From: SAR202 cluster bacterium
Lineage (GTDB): Bacteria > Chloroflexota > Dehalococcoidia > Lucifugimonadales > UBA6952
Direction of reading: 5' to 3'
Length of the DNA: 64,000 nucleotides
NCBI GenBank assembly: GCA_009392515.1
Contig: VFGE01000030.1
Coordinates: 1,633 to 65,632 of the forward strand
Shown: one piece after another, positions 30,275-40,432 of the stretch
Numbering within the stretch: the first letter of the stretch is position 1
Layout: the number at the start of each line of letters is the position of its first letter
Translations under genes and position numbers: made by a program
Notes under the pieces: model-generated
The model's input: only the letters and a program-made list of their open reading frames with translations
Told to the model about the DNA's origin: nothing
Database searches by the model: none

Positions 30275-32412
30275 CGTATTCTTCTGATATTTGGGCTTTC
30301 AAGAGAAGTGCCTTCCCTTTCTTCTTCTGTAGTTGTATTTGTTGTAGATTTTACTACTTGTGTTTCAATCAAAATAATATTTCCTTCTTCAAGACCAGAA
30401 ATAATTTCCGTCTGAGAAAAATCTGTAAATCCGGTGGTTATAAATTGTTTTTCTGAAGTTTTGCTTATTTCATTTTGTAACAAAACATAAGATTTTCCGC
30501 CTTCTTCTTTAATTGATTTAGAAGGTATCACCAAGGCATCTAATTTTATCTCAGTTATTATTGTTACTGAACCATTCATACCGATGTGTGGAGGTGTAGG
30601 ATTTAATAAACTTCTCAAAGAGTTTAATTGTTGTTGAGACCTGTTAGTTCCTCGTTCAGACCTATTGCCATTAAGGCAGCCGGCTTCTTGTAATTGAGTT
30701 CGTTGCTCAGGAGTTAGATTTCTTATATCTCTTGGATTTGAAATAGAGGTACCAATAGCTTTTTCCACACAAGCTAGCAGTTCGGTTCTATCGCCACTTC
30801 CTTCAGTTCTATTATTATTTCCTTCAGTTCTTTCTTCGGTAGAAATTCCTAGCGAAACCAGTATAGGTTGTAAATTTTCCATATCTAAAGATCCGATATT
30901 ATTTCTAGTAATAATATTTGCTTTTACAGGATAAGAAACCACACCCTGGCTTATTTCTGGAATGAAACTTATCGTAGATATTTCAAAGAGATAAGATTGA
31001 TCGGGCATGGCATTGAAATTAGCTATACCAAATTGTCCGGTTTTTATGTTAGGTAAATCTGTTTCAGATATGTTCATATCTATACTTATAGAATCCAAAT
31101 TTGATAACAAGAAAGCATTTGTATTTGTAGTTACATTTTGACCTTTAACTATGTCAACACTTCCTATAGTTCCTGAAAATGGAGCTTTTAGCGTTAGATC
31201 ATTTATGGTTTCTTCAGCTTCTGCAAGCGTGATTTTTGCTTTTTCAATAGAAAATTGTAATTGTTTAATGTCTATTTCACTAAGCCCAGCTAAATCTTCA
31301 GCATTACGTGCGTTTGCAACTGTTAAAGAAGCTTGTGCTTGATTTAAAGTGTTATTTGCTTGCTGTAACTCCTCAGTTGTTGGTTCAGCTAATAAGTCGG
31401 TATTCTGATCATTTTTATTTTGTAATCGTTTTTCTGCTATATCTAAAGATTCTTGCGAACTTACTTTAGCTTCATCTAATAGTTGTTTTTGCAATTTATG
31501 ATTATCTAGAGCATTTTTATAGGATGCATCAGATTGTAATAAAGATGTAGTTAATGAGTATAAATCGTTACTAATAGCATTTACATTATTAATTTGATCA
31601 CTTAAAGCTTTTATATTTATAGCACTAAGTGGAATATCATCTGCTCCACATACATCAACGCCCGAATTTTGATTTGTTGTGCAATAGTTTTGCCTAGCAA
31701 CTTTTAAACTAGCCAATGTTGTATCTATTTGCCGACCTGCAGTAATTACAGCTTTTTCTGTTGTGCTGATATTTGTGGCTGTTTCAGGATTAGATTTAGT
31801 TAAATTTTCTAATGTTGTTTTGGCTGTATTAACTTGTTGTTTAGCCGTAGCAAGATCATATTCCATTGAAGACTTTTGTAAATTTGTTGCGCCAGCTAGT
31901 AAGTTGTCTAGTGTAATTTGAGCATTTAACACCTGAGATTGAGCATTTATTATAGATTGATTATTAGATGCTGTTTCCAGAGCAGAAAGAGGTTGTGTTT
32001 GTTCTTGCAGTATTAATTCTGCTTCTTCGAGTGTAATTTTGGCTCGATTCAATGTTCTTTCAGAATCATTGTTTATTAATTTAGCTAATGGTTGGTTTTT
32101 TTCTACATAATCTCCAACTGAAACATAGATTTCTAGAACTTTGCCAGATGTATTAAATCGAGTTTGTAATTGTTCGTCTGCAATAATTGTTGAAGCAGCC
32201 TCAACCGAGGTTGTTAAATTGGTTTTTTCAACTACATGTTCTGTTGTAATAGTTTCAAAAACAGCTTCTTCATTTTCATTGTTTATATAATCATATAAGA
32301 AATAAGAGCCTATTAAAGCTATCACTAGAAGAAATATAAGAACTTTGCTGAAACGGTTTGGATTTTTACCGGATAATAAAGAGTCGATATCAATGTTTGT
32401 ACTCATACTCAC
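30271..32412 (-). CDS. Unusually long membrane-fusion/periplasmic adaptor protein (HlyD/MacA-like)
   Basis: N-terminal TM, SGKVLEIYVSVGDYVEKNQPLAKL and LKAPFSGTI lipoyl halves, long helical insert, C-terminal EIISGLEEG. Confidence 0.85.
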   Translation of the reverse strand: MSMSTNIDIDSLLSGKNPNRFSKVLIFLLVIALIGSYFLYDYINNENEEAVFETITTEHVVEKTNLTTSVEAASTIIADEQLQTRFNTSGKVLEIYVSVGDYVEKNQPLAKLINNDSERTLNRAKITLEEAELILQEQTQPLSALETASNNQSIINAQSQVLNAQITLDNLLAGATNLQKSSMEYDLATAKQQVNTAKTTLENLTKSNPETATNISTTEKAVITAGRQIDTTLASLKVARQNYCTTNQNSGVDVCGADDIPLSAINIKALSDQINNVNAISNDLYSLTTSLLQSDASYKNALDNHKLQKQLLDEAKVSSQESLDIAEKRLQNKNDQNTDLLAEPTTEELQQANNTLNQAQASLTVANARNAEDLAGLSEIDIKQLQFSIEKAKITLAEAEETINDLTLKAPFSGTIGSVDIVKGQNVTTNTNAFLLSNLDSISIDMNISETDLPNIKTGQFGIANFNAMPDQSYLFEISTISFIPEISQGVVSYPVKANIITRNNIGSLDMENLQPILVSLGISTEERTEGNNNRTEGSGDRTELLACVEKAIGTSISNPRDIRNLTPEQRTQLQEAGCLNGNRSERGTNRSQQQLNSLRSLLNPTPPHIGMNGSVTIITEIKLDALVIPSKSIKEEGGKSYVLLQNEISKTSEKQFITTGFTDFSQTEIISGLEEGNIILIETQVVKSTTNTTTEEEREGTSLESPNIRRIR

Positions 32413-32425
32413 TCAATTCTTTGAA

Positions 32426-32456
32426 CGTTTATTATTAATATATATTATAATAAACG
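32426..32456. promoter_or_regulatory. 31-bp near-perfect palindrome, candidate operator between divergent genes
   Basis: cgtttattat-t-aatatatatt-ataataaacg; perfect dyad apart from one extra T. Confidence 0.5.
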
Positions 32457-32491
32457 AATAGTATTGGAAAATGTCATTTAAACGAGGGAAA

Positions 32492-32842
32492 ATGAAAGAA
32501 TTGGCTAATCAAAAATGTGTTGCTTGTGAAAGAGGCGCACCTAAGGCTGATGATGAATTAATTCATCAGTTTTTACAAACATTTGATGAGTGGAACCTGA
32601 TTACAGAAAACAACATTCCTAAATTAAAGAGGATATATAAATTTAATAATTTTAAATTAGCTTTAGAATTTTCTAATTTAATTGGAGACATGGCAGAAGA
32701 AGAAGGACATCATCCCTTAATCATTACAGAATGGGGTAAAGTTACTATTAAGTGGTGGACTCATAAAATAAAAAACCTGCATTTAAATGACCTTATTGCT
32801 GCTTCTAAAACTGAGAATTTGTACATAAATGTTTCTCAATAG
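32492..32842 (+). CDS. phhB: Pterin-4a-carbinolamine dehydratase (start ATG 32492)
   Basis: AEEEGHHP, TEWGKVTIKWWTH, LHLND. Confidence 0.9.
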   Translation: MKELANQKCVACERGAPKADDELIHQFLQTFDEWNLITENNIPKLKRIYKFNNFKLALEFSNLIGDMAEEEGHHPLIITEWGKVTIKWWTHKIKNLHLNDLIAASKTENLYINVSQ

Positions 32843-32884
32843 ATTGAATCAACAATTCATCACAAGATTTACAAAGAATTATTC

Positions 32885-34099
32885 ATGGATTTAATTTTAA
32901 AAAATCGAAATTTTCGAACCTTTGTTTTTGCACAAACATTTAGAGATATAACTCTAATGTTATTTGTTACGTCCAATGGTTGGTTAGTTTTGGATTTAAC
33001 AGATTCAACAATATTTGTCGGTTTAGCTGCAGGTTGTGGTGGGCTAGGAATGCTTATTACTAGTTTGTTAGCTGGATCAATTGTTGATAGGGTGGATAGA
33101 AAAAAGATTTTAGCACTCAGCCATTTTATTTTATCTATAACTTTTCTTGTAGTAGTGCTTTTTATTTGGACAGGAAGTATTAATATATGGATTTTGTTAC
33201 TCACAACATTTATAGATGGAAGTTGTACATCATTTAGATTTGTGTGTGGCGGCACAATTACTATGGATTTGGTTGGGTCTAAAGATCTTTCTCGTGCCAC
33301 GGCAATCAATTTTTCTTGTATGACTATTACAGGTATTTTCATTACAGCTATTGGCGGTAATTTAATTGATAGATACGGGTTTGAATCAACTTACTTATTA
33401 ATGTCTATATGTGCATTTATTTCTAGTGTGATATTAATGTTTGGATTACCGAATATATCTAAAAATATAAATGATGGTAACCGTACCTCAATACAAGAAT
33501 TAAGAGACGGGATTTCATATATAAAACAAAATAAACGAATTCGTTCTTTATTACTTTTGGGACTTAGTTCTGAGGTTTTTGGATGGGCCCATGAAAGTAT
33601 GGTCCCTGTAGTAACTAAATATGTCTTAGGAGGAGGTTCAGTTGAACTTGGTTATATTTTGGCATCTGGGCAAGTCGGAGCATTAATTTCTACGTTAGTA
33701 TTGTCTAATTATCGAATTAAAAAAAACCGAACGCTAATATTATATTTAGCATATATTTTATTTGGTTTATTCTTGATAGGTTTTGTTTGGTCAAAAATTT
33801 TATTATTGTCGATGTTTTTGTATTGTTTGGCATTATTAGCAGTTGCAACATACGAAGTAGTGTTACATTCTTTGGTTCAAACCATAGTACCTAATATAAT
33901 GAGAGGGCGTGTTGTTAGTTTTCAAATTTTGACATGGGGCGCAACAGGAATATCAGGTTTTATGTTGGGAGTATTAGCTGGTTTCACGAGCCCACCCATA
34001 GCTATCACAATAAATACATCTATTCTTGTTTTAAACGGGACGAGAAATGTAGTCAAAAAAATATTAACGAATAAAAGTATATTGAGTTACTGGCAGTAA
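32885..34099 (+). CDS. MFS transporter (DHA3/EntS-like)
   Basis: GSIVDRVDRKK motif A; VPNIMRGRV. Confidence 0.85.
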   Translation: MDLILKNRNFRTFVFAQTFRDITLMLFVTSNGWLVLDLTDSTIFVGLAAGCGGLGMLITSLLAGSIVDRVDRKKILALSHFILSITFLVVVLFIWTGSINIWILLLTTFIDGSCTSFRFVCGGTITMDLVGSKDLSRATAINFSCMTITGIFITAIGGNLIDRYGFESTYLLMSICAFISSVILMFGLPNISKNINDGNRTSIQELRDGISYIKQNKRIRSLLLLGLSSEVFGWAHESMVPVVTKYVLGGGSVELGYILASGQVGALISTLVLSNYRIKKNRTLILYLAYILFGLFLIGFVWSKILLLSMFLYCLALLAVATYEVVLHSLVQTIVPNIMRGRVVSFQILTWGATGISGFMLGVLAGFTSPPIAITINTSILVLNGTRNVVKKILTNKSILSYWQ

Positions 34100-34116
34100 T
34101 TACCTATACTTTCATT

Positions 34117-34389
34117 ATGGAATCTGGAGTTGATTTTTTTAAAGGGTGTTTAGTTTTTCTTTTATTTATTTTAGTTGGTGCTACGATAGGTGGTTTGGTA
34201 GCAACTTTATTTACTTATATATATATTCAAGGAAGTGATTTAAAGAACGATCCAGGTCTGATATATATATATTTGTCGTATTCATTCATAGGAGTAATTA
34301 TTGGTTCAGTTGTAGGTTTTGTAGCATGCCAGGTAATGAATATAATTATCGAAAAGAGGCGCTATAATTATTGGAGATATGGGGGATAA
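34117..34389 (+). CDS. Small hypothetical membrane protein (2 TM)
   Basis: Two hydrophobic Gly-rich segments; co-oriented, 3 nt from the next gene. Confidence 0.6.
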   Translation: MESGVDFFKGCLVFLLFILVGATIGGLVATLFTYIYIQGSDLKNDPGLIYIYLSYSFIGVIIGSVVGFVACQVMNIIIEKRRYNYWRYGG

Positions 34390-34392
34390 AAA

Positions 34393-34713
34393 ATGGATAT
34401 TGTTGTATATATGTCACCCAGTTGTGATCATACAGATGAAATATTACAGTTGATGGAAGAATGTTTAGCAGAATGTGGTGTTACTACGGGATATCAAACT
34501 GTAGAAACACGAGATTTCGAAGATGCAAAAGAGAAAAAAAGCTTAGGATGTCCAACAATTAGAACAAATGGAGTGGATATCGAGTATGGGCCCCAAGAAC
34601 CTGAAGAATATACTTCAGGTTGTCGATATTACAATACATTAGATGGATGGAAACCCATGCCTCCAAAAAATCTTATTATTGGCGGAATTAAACGAGCCCA
34701 AGAGAAACTGTAA
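34393..34713 (+). CDS. Thioredoxin-fold protein (DF-family/DUF2703-like)
   Basis: SPSCDH, LGCPTIRTNGVD (cis-Pro loop), CRYY. Confidence 0.7.
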   Translation: MDIVVYMSPSCDHTDEILQLMEECLAECGVTTGYQTVETRDFEDAKEKKSLGCPTIRTNGVDIEYGPQEPEEYTSGCRYYNTLDGWKPMPPKNLIIGGIKRAQEKL

Positions 34714-34731
34714 ATTGTAGGGAGATCTATT

Positions 34732-36693
34732 ATGGCGCTTAGTGGAGTGAGAATAAATTCAAAAGAAATATATGCTAACGGTAAATCATATGGCAAATAT
34801 GGACGATATGTTGAATTGAAGGGATATCTAGATTTTAAAGTTGATCCCATAATATCAGCAAATTTATCTATCAAAGATTTAGACTTAGCTCCTAGGGATT
34901 CTGAAGGATTTGTGCAATTTTCTTCTAAGTTTATATTGGTTACTCCTGAAGATAATACCAAAGCAGGTGAAAGAATTATTGTTGATGTAGTAAATCGAGG
35001 AAGGCCGAGAGTTATTCCAACATTTAATCGATCCGATGTAGCTGATCAACCAGAAGGAGATGGTTTTTTATTGAGTCATGGTTTTTCGGTGATTTCAATA
35101 GGTTGGCAGTGGGATGTTGTAGAAAGTGAACAATTATTAGGCTTAATTCCTCCATATGTGGATATGGAAGAATTTGAATTGCATGGAGAAACTGTCGTAC
35201 AAATTAGTCCTAATGTTGTACATACTGGGGCGTTGCTAGCAAATAGAATTCATACACCATACTCTGTAGCAGATTTAGATGATAACACCGCAAAACTTAT
35301 TGTACGAGATTGGGAAGATGGTCCGGATACTCTGATAGATAGATCTAGATGGCATTTTGCAATCGAGGAAAATGGCACAATTAAACCTGACCAAGATCAT
35401 ATTTATTTTCCTGAAGGATTTATTCCTGGTAAATATTATTATGTGTCGTATCATCCAAAAATCGCACCTGTAGTTGGTACCGGTTTACTATCCTTACGAG
35501 ATACAGCATCTTTTTTGAAAAGTGATAATAGTGCGAATCAATTTGGGAATAAGTTTAAATATGTTTATGCGTATGGAGTTTCTCAAACAGCACGAATGCT
35601 GAGGCATTTGTTATATTTAGGGTTAAATTCAGATGAAAACGGATCTATGGCTTTCGATGCTATGCTTCCACATGTAGGTGGAAGTCGTATGGGGGAATTT
35701 AATCATAGGTTTGCTCAGCCTTCGCAACAAGCAGCTTCAGGTTTTGGACACACCTTTCCTTTTGATGATAATGATTCTGAAGATATATATTCTGGTAAAA
35801 AAGATGGATTACTGAATAAATTACGAGTATTAAATCAGGTTCCTAAAATTATATATACTAATTCTTCTTCAGAATACTGGAGAGGTGATGGATCTCTAGC
35901 CCACATACATCCGAATGGATATGATTTAGAACAAGCGTCTGAGTCTAGGAGGTACCATTTTTCAGGTACACAACATGGTGCTGGATATTTAGGTGAAGAA
36001 ACGGTTGTAGTGGGAGGAGGAGCTCATGAAGTCAATGGTAGATATACTTTTAATGTGGTTGACTATCGGCCACTATTGAGAGCTGCTCTTATAAATTTAG
36101 ATCTTTGGGTGCGACAAGGGATTGAGCCTCCACCTAGTAAAAATCCTTCTATTAATAATGGTACTGCAATTTTACCTTCAGAATTTATGGAGGCATTTAC
36201 GATGGTGCCAGGAATTGAAAATCCTAGTCTAAATAAATTATGGGGAATTAGGGAAATAGAGGAAGATGAACATTTTCAATATGGGGTAGGTTTTTTCCCT
36301 GTAAAAGAAGGCCGACGTTACCAAAATTATGTTGCTAACATTGATTCAGATGGAAATGAGCTTGGTGGAATTCGTTTACCCGATTTGGATGTTCCAGTTG
36401 GTACACATACTGGTTGGAATTTACGTCATCCGGATTCAGGTTCTCCAGATGATATTATTCCTATGAAAGGTATTTCGGTAGCCTTTGCTAATACCAGAGT
36501 GAATAAAGAGAAAAATCAAGATACTAGAAGATCCTTAGAAGAACGATATGAGTCTAGAGAACAATTTATTGAATTAGTGCGTGAATCAGCGCAAAAATTA
36601 GTGGATCAGAACTATCTTCTTAATGATGATATTGCGATAGTTATAGAAGCTTGTTTGGATAGATATGATGCTGCAATCAATGGTGGTTTTTAA
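34732..36693 (+). CDS. Large alpha/beta-hydrolase-domain protein
   Basis: SIGWQWD, YGVSQTAR nucleophile elbow, SSEYWRGDGSL, GTQH, GGIRLP. Confidence 0.75.
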   Translation: MALSGVRINSKEIYANGKSYGKYGRYVELKGYLDFKVDPIISANLSIKDLDLAPRDSEGFVQFSSKFILVTPEDNTKAGERIIVDVVNRGRPRVIPTFNRSDVADQPEGDGFLLSHGFSVISIGWQWDVVESEQLLGLIPPYVDMEEFELHGETVVQISPNVVHTGALLANRIHTPYSVADLDDNTAKLIVRDWEDGPDTLIDRSRWHFAIEENGTIKPDQDHIYFPEGFIPGKYYYVSYHPKIAPVVGTGLLSLRDTASFLKSDNSANQFGNKFKYVYAYGVSQTARMLRHLLYLGLNSDENGSMAFDAMLPHVGGSRMGEFNHRFAQPSQQAASGFGHTFPFDDNDSEDIYSGKKDGLLNKLRVLNQVPKIIYTNSSSEYWRGDGSLAHIHPNGYDLEQASESRRYHFSGTQHGAGYLGEETVVVGGGAHEVNGRYTFNVVDYRPLLRAALINLDLWVRQGIEPPPSKNPSINNGTAILPSEFMEAFTMVPGIENPSLNKLWGIREIEEDEHFQYGVGFFPVKEGRRYQNYVANIDSDGNELGGIRLPDLDVPVGTHTGWNLRHPDSGSPDDIIPMKGISVAFANTRVNKEKNQDTRRSLEERYESREQFIELVRESAQKLVDQNYLLNDDIAIVIEACLDRYDAAINGGF

Positions 36694-36699
36694 ATGGTT

Positions 36700-38544
36700 T
36701 TAGAAATTCACCCATTTTTCTAATTCATCACTAAGTTGTTTTTCAATAATTGTATATTGTTTTCCAAATTCACTTAGTTCTGAAATATTTTGTGTTTTGG
36801 TTGCATTATTTAATTTAATTTCGAGTATTTTTAATTTCTTTTCTAAATCCTTGATAAGGTTTTCTTGTTGTTCAAATTTATATTTATTTATTTTTTTAGA
36901 TTTACTTTTGTTATTTTGTTTAGTGGCATTTTCTTTTTTTATAGTAGAATTATTGAAAAATTCTTCCCATTGGTTAAAAGTTCCTTTAAATAAATTAATT
37001 TGATTGTTTTCTACTATTAGTAGCTGCTCTGCAATATTATTTATAAATAAACGATCGTGAGATACAAATAATACGGCTCCTTCGTAATTTTGCAATATTG
37101 TTTCTAATGCTTCTCGACTTTGGATATCTAAATGAGTAGTTGGTTCATCTAAAATCAAAAAATTAGGATTTTGGATCATTGTTCGGGCAATTTGCAATCT
37201 AGTTAATTGTCCACCACTTAATGAATTCACATTTTGAAAAACTTGTTCTCCAGTGAATAAAAATCGTGCTAAGTAGCTACGTGCTTCATTTATTGGAATA
37301 TTTTTTGCTTCTAAAAAAGCAGTTAATACATCAACATTTTCGGGAATATATGATAAGTTCTGATCCACATATCCATATGATATTTGGTGTCCGAAATCAA
37401 TTATGCCATTTAAGGGAGGAATTTCTCCAATAATTGTTTTTAAGAAAGTAGTTTTGCCAATACCATTTTTGCCCACAAAAGCAGTCTTAGTGCCACGAAG
37501 TAATTCTATGTCTGAAACATTTAATAAAATTGTTTCTTTATTTTTTTCTATAAATCCAATATTTGCTTGATGGGTGCTCAAAATAACTCTACCCGTTCTT
37601 TTTACTTGCAGATCAGGTAGGTTTATAGTTTGAGTTTTATTTGGTGCTTTTAATAATTGAATTCTATTTAATCTTGTTTCTCTGCCATGTGCTTGCCTAG
37701 CTTTTTGACCAGCTCTATATTTTTCTATAAATGCCTGTTCTTTTTCTATAAATGCTTTTTGTGATTCATATTCTTTTTGTTGTCTTAATATATGTTCTGA
37801 TTTAAGTTTTTTATATTTAGTATAGTTACCAGTATAAGTAGTAATTGATTGGTTTTCTAGTTCCCAAATTGATGTACTTACTTGGTCAAGAAAATGTCTA
37901 TCATGTGATACAACTAATACTGCCCCTTCATAATGGTTAATAAAATCTTCTAGCCATCGTAAACTTTCAAAGTCTAGGTAATTTGTTGGTTCATCAAGTA
38001 TAAGCAAGTCAGGTTTTTGTAATAAAGCTTTTGCTAAATTTGCTTTTGTTTTTTCGCCACCACTTGCTGAGTTGAAGGAATTATTTAGAACCTCTGTAGT
38101 CAAATTTAAACCTGTAACAGTTTTATTAAATTCTATTAAATATCTATATCCGCCGATCATTTCATATTTATGTAACAAATTTAAGTGGGTATTCTGATTT
38201 GTAGTATTATTACTATTTTCCAGAGTTTTTGAACTCTCTTCTATTTTGTTTTCTAATTCAAGGATGCTTTTAAAAACATCCATAATATGAGCTTTAACTG
38301 AAGAAGATTTTACATTTTCAGCCGTTTGGGGCACATATCCTACGGATAAGTTTTTCTGTAATAGTATTTCTCCTTGTTGAAAGTCTGTTTCTCCTACAAG
38401 GATTTTTACTAATGAAGTTTTTCCTGTTCCATTTTCTCCAACAAGTCCAATTCTAGAACGTGGATTTATATCTAAATTTATATTAGACAGTATTGGTATG
38501 TCGCCATAATGCAAATAAAGTTTTGAAGTCGACAAGATAGCCAT
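36700..38544 (-). CDS. ABC-F family ribosome-associated ATPase
   Basis: Two ABC domains (GENGTGKT/LDEPTNYLD; GKNGIGKT/LDEPTTHLD), no TM, C-terminal coiled coil. Confidence 0.92.
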   Translation of the reverse strand: MAILSTSKLYLHYGDIPILSNINLDINPRSRIGLVGENGTGKTSLVKILVGETDFQQGEILLQKNLSVGYVPQTAENVKSSSVKAHIMDVFKSILELENKIEESSKTLENSNNTTNQNTHLNLLHKYEMIGGYRYLIEFNKTVTGLNLTTEVLNNSFNSASGGEKTKANLAKALLQKPDLLILDEPTNYLDFESLRWLEDFINHYEGAVLVVSHDRHFLDQVSTSIWELENQSITTYTGNYTKYKKLKSEHILRQQKEYESQKAFIEKEQAFIEKYRAGQKARQAHGRETRLNRIQLLKAPNKTQTINLPDLQVKRTGRVILSTHQANIGFIEKNKETILLNVSDIELLRGTKTAFVGKNGIGKTTFLKTIIGEIPPLNGIIDFGHQISYGYVDQNLSYIPENVDVLTAFLEAKNIPINEARSYLARFLFTGEQVFQNVNSLSGGQLTRLQIARTMIQNPNFLILDEPTTHLDIQSREALETILQNYEGAVLFVSHDRLFINNIAEQLLIVENNQINLFKGTFNQWEEFFNNSTIKKENATKQNNKSKSKKINKYKFEQQENLIKDLEKKLKILEIKLNNATKTQNISELSEFGKQYTIIEKQLSDELEKWVNF

Positions 38545-38555
38545 TTTATACCTGA

Positions 38556-39044
38556 TTAATCTCTAAAATTTACGTACTGTAAGGGTTGATCAATATCCAT
38601 GTCTTTAATAAATTGAATGATTTTTTGTAAATCATCTCTATTTTTCCCTGATACTCTAAGCTCATCACCTTCAATAGCTGCCTGAACTTTAATTTTTGTA
38701 CCTCTTATTGCTTTAGTTATTTTTTGCGCTGTTTCTTTATCTATCCCATTTTTGATTATAACCTGTTGCCTTAGTGAATCACCTGTTGCTTTATCAGCAG
38801 GCTGAAAATCTAAAGCTTTTTGATCTATTCCTCTTCGTATAAAGTTTGTTTGTATTAAATCATCAAGTTGGGTAAGTTTCATATTATCATCTGCAGTTAC
38901 TGTCATTGTGTGTTCAGATCTTTCGATATTACAGTTTGAACCTTTGAAGTCAAATCTATTTTTAATTTCGCGTAAAACATTGTTGATCGCATTATCAACT
39001 TCCATTAAATCAGTATTTGAAACAACTTGGAAAGACGGCATCAT
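38556..39044 (-). CDS. yajQ: YajQ family nucleotide/c-di-GMP-binding protein
   Basis: MPSF.VVS, RFDFKGS, KVQAAIEGDELRVSGK.RDDLQ, NFRD. Confidence 0.95.
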   Translation of the reverse strand: MMPSFQVVSNTDLMEVDNAINNVLREIKNRFDFKGSNCNIERSEHTMTVTADDNMKLTQLDDLIQTNFIRRGIDQKALDFQPADKATGDSLRQQVIIKNGIDKETAQKITKAIRGTKIKVQAAIEGDELRVSGKNRDDLQKIIQFIKDMDIDQPLQYVNFRD

Positions 39045-39161
39045 TCCCCCCTTAATTTAATTAGATTCTAGTTATTTACTGTGTTCAAGTTTACTAGTAG
39101 TATGTGTTATTGTATCTAGAATTTGATTTGTTTTCAAAAAATAATATGAATAAGGATAATT

Positions 39162-40424
39162 ATGGATGAGATATTAGAGATTAAACGCGAACGAATAGAG
39201 AATGATTTCAAAATGTTAGAAACATTTACTGATCCAGAGGCACCTTGGACAAGGCGAGCGTTTTCTTCACAAAATAAAGAAGCTAGGAAATGGCTAGCTG
39301 ACCAATTTAGAGCAGCAGGGCTAGATGTATATAATGATGCAGCTTCTAATCTTATTGGGAGACGTGGAGGAGAAGGTGATCAAGTATTTATGATGGGATC
39401 ACATTCCGACACAGTAATAGAGGGAGGTAGATTTGATGGTATTGTGGGGGTATTAGGAGCTCTTGAAATTGCTAGATGTCTTCAGGACTCAGATATCGAA
39501 CTTTCACTACCTTTGGAAATCGTAGATTTTACTTGCGAAGAACCAACAGTTCCTATAAGTCCTGTAGGAAGTCGTATAATTGCAGGAGATATAACTCAAA
39601 AAGATTTAGAGGGAGTGATTACTCCATTTGGAGATACAATTCATAAAGCAATAGATGACTTGGGGGGTGATTCTTCAGATATATCCAAGGCAAAAAGAGC
39701 CTTAGGGCAGATTGTTGGATATTTAGAATTACATATTGAACAAGGAGCAGTTTTAGAAAAAGAAGAATTAGCTGCAGGCATAGTTACTGCTATTGCTGGA
39801 CCTTGCCGAGGAACTGTACAGTTTATAGGTCAACCAGAACATGCTGGGGGTACACCAATGCCAGATAGAAAAGATGCATTAGTTGCGGCTGCAGAATTAG
39901 TCATAGCTATTGAAAAAATTGTCACGACTACGGGCATGTCGGAAGAAAACGTAGGTACGGTGGGATGGATGAATGTTAGCCCAAATATGATTAATGTTAT
40001 TCCTGGCCAAGTTGATATGAGTGTGGAAGTTAGAAGTACAGATTTAGAATCTTTGGTTCTAGTAAGAAAGTCTTTAGAAGAAGAAGTAGAAAAGATTTCA
40101 GAAAAGAGAAAAATAGAATCTAAACTAACATGGGATCATCTAGAAGATCCTGTACCCTTGCCATTATTTATGCAAGATGTTGTGAAAAGTGCTTTTACAG
40201 ATTTATCTATACCAATAAAATATTTACCAAGTCGCGCGTCGCATGATGCAGCGCGGATTGCACCTATTACTCCTGCAGGTATGGTTTTTATTCGCTGTTT
40301 AGAAGGCAAGAGTCATTGTCCAGAAGAATGGGCAAGTATGGATGATATAGTTTTAGGAATAAGGCTATTAGGTCAATCATTATTGAGATTAAATGAAAAT
40401 TTCCTTAAGAATAAGAAAGGATAA
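39162..40424 (+). CDS. M20 Zn amidohydrolase (N-carbamoyl-amino-acid/allantoate/beta-ureidopropionase family)
   Basis: GSHSDTV, GRFDG, CEE, ELHIEQG, HAGGTPM, SHDA. Confidence 0.9.
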   Translation: MDEILEIKRERIENDFKMLETFTDPEAPWTRRAFSSQNKEARKWLADQFRAAGLDVYNDAASNLIGRRGGEGDQVFMMGSHSDTVIEGGRFDGIVGVLGALEIARCLQDSDIELSLPLEIVDFTCEEPTVPISPVGSRIIAGDITQKDLEGVITPFGDTIHKAIDDLGGDSSDISKAKRALGQIVGYLELHIEQGAVLEKEELAAGIVTAIAGPCRGTVQFIGQPEHAGGTPMPDRKDALVAAAELVIAIEKIVTTTGMSEENVGTVGWMNVSPNMINVIPGQVDMSVEVRSTDLESLVLVRKSLEEEVEKISEKRKIESKLTWDHLEDPVPLPLFMQDVVKSAFTDLSIPIKYLPSRASHDAARIAPITPAGMVFIRCLEGKSHCPEEWASMDDIVLGIRLLGQSLLRLNENFLKNKKG

Positions 40425-40432
40425 TAATTAAT

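Noticed and set aside
34393-34713. Possible selenoprotein (family includes Sec members)
   Set aside because: All Cys codons are TGT; no in-frame TGA or SECIS
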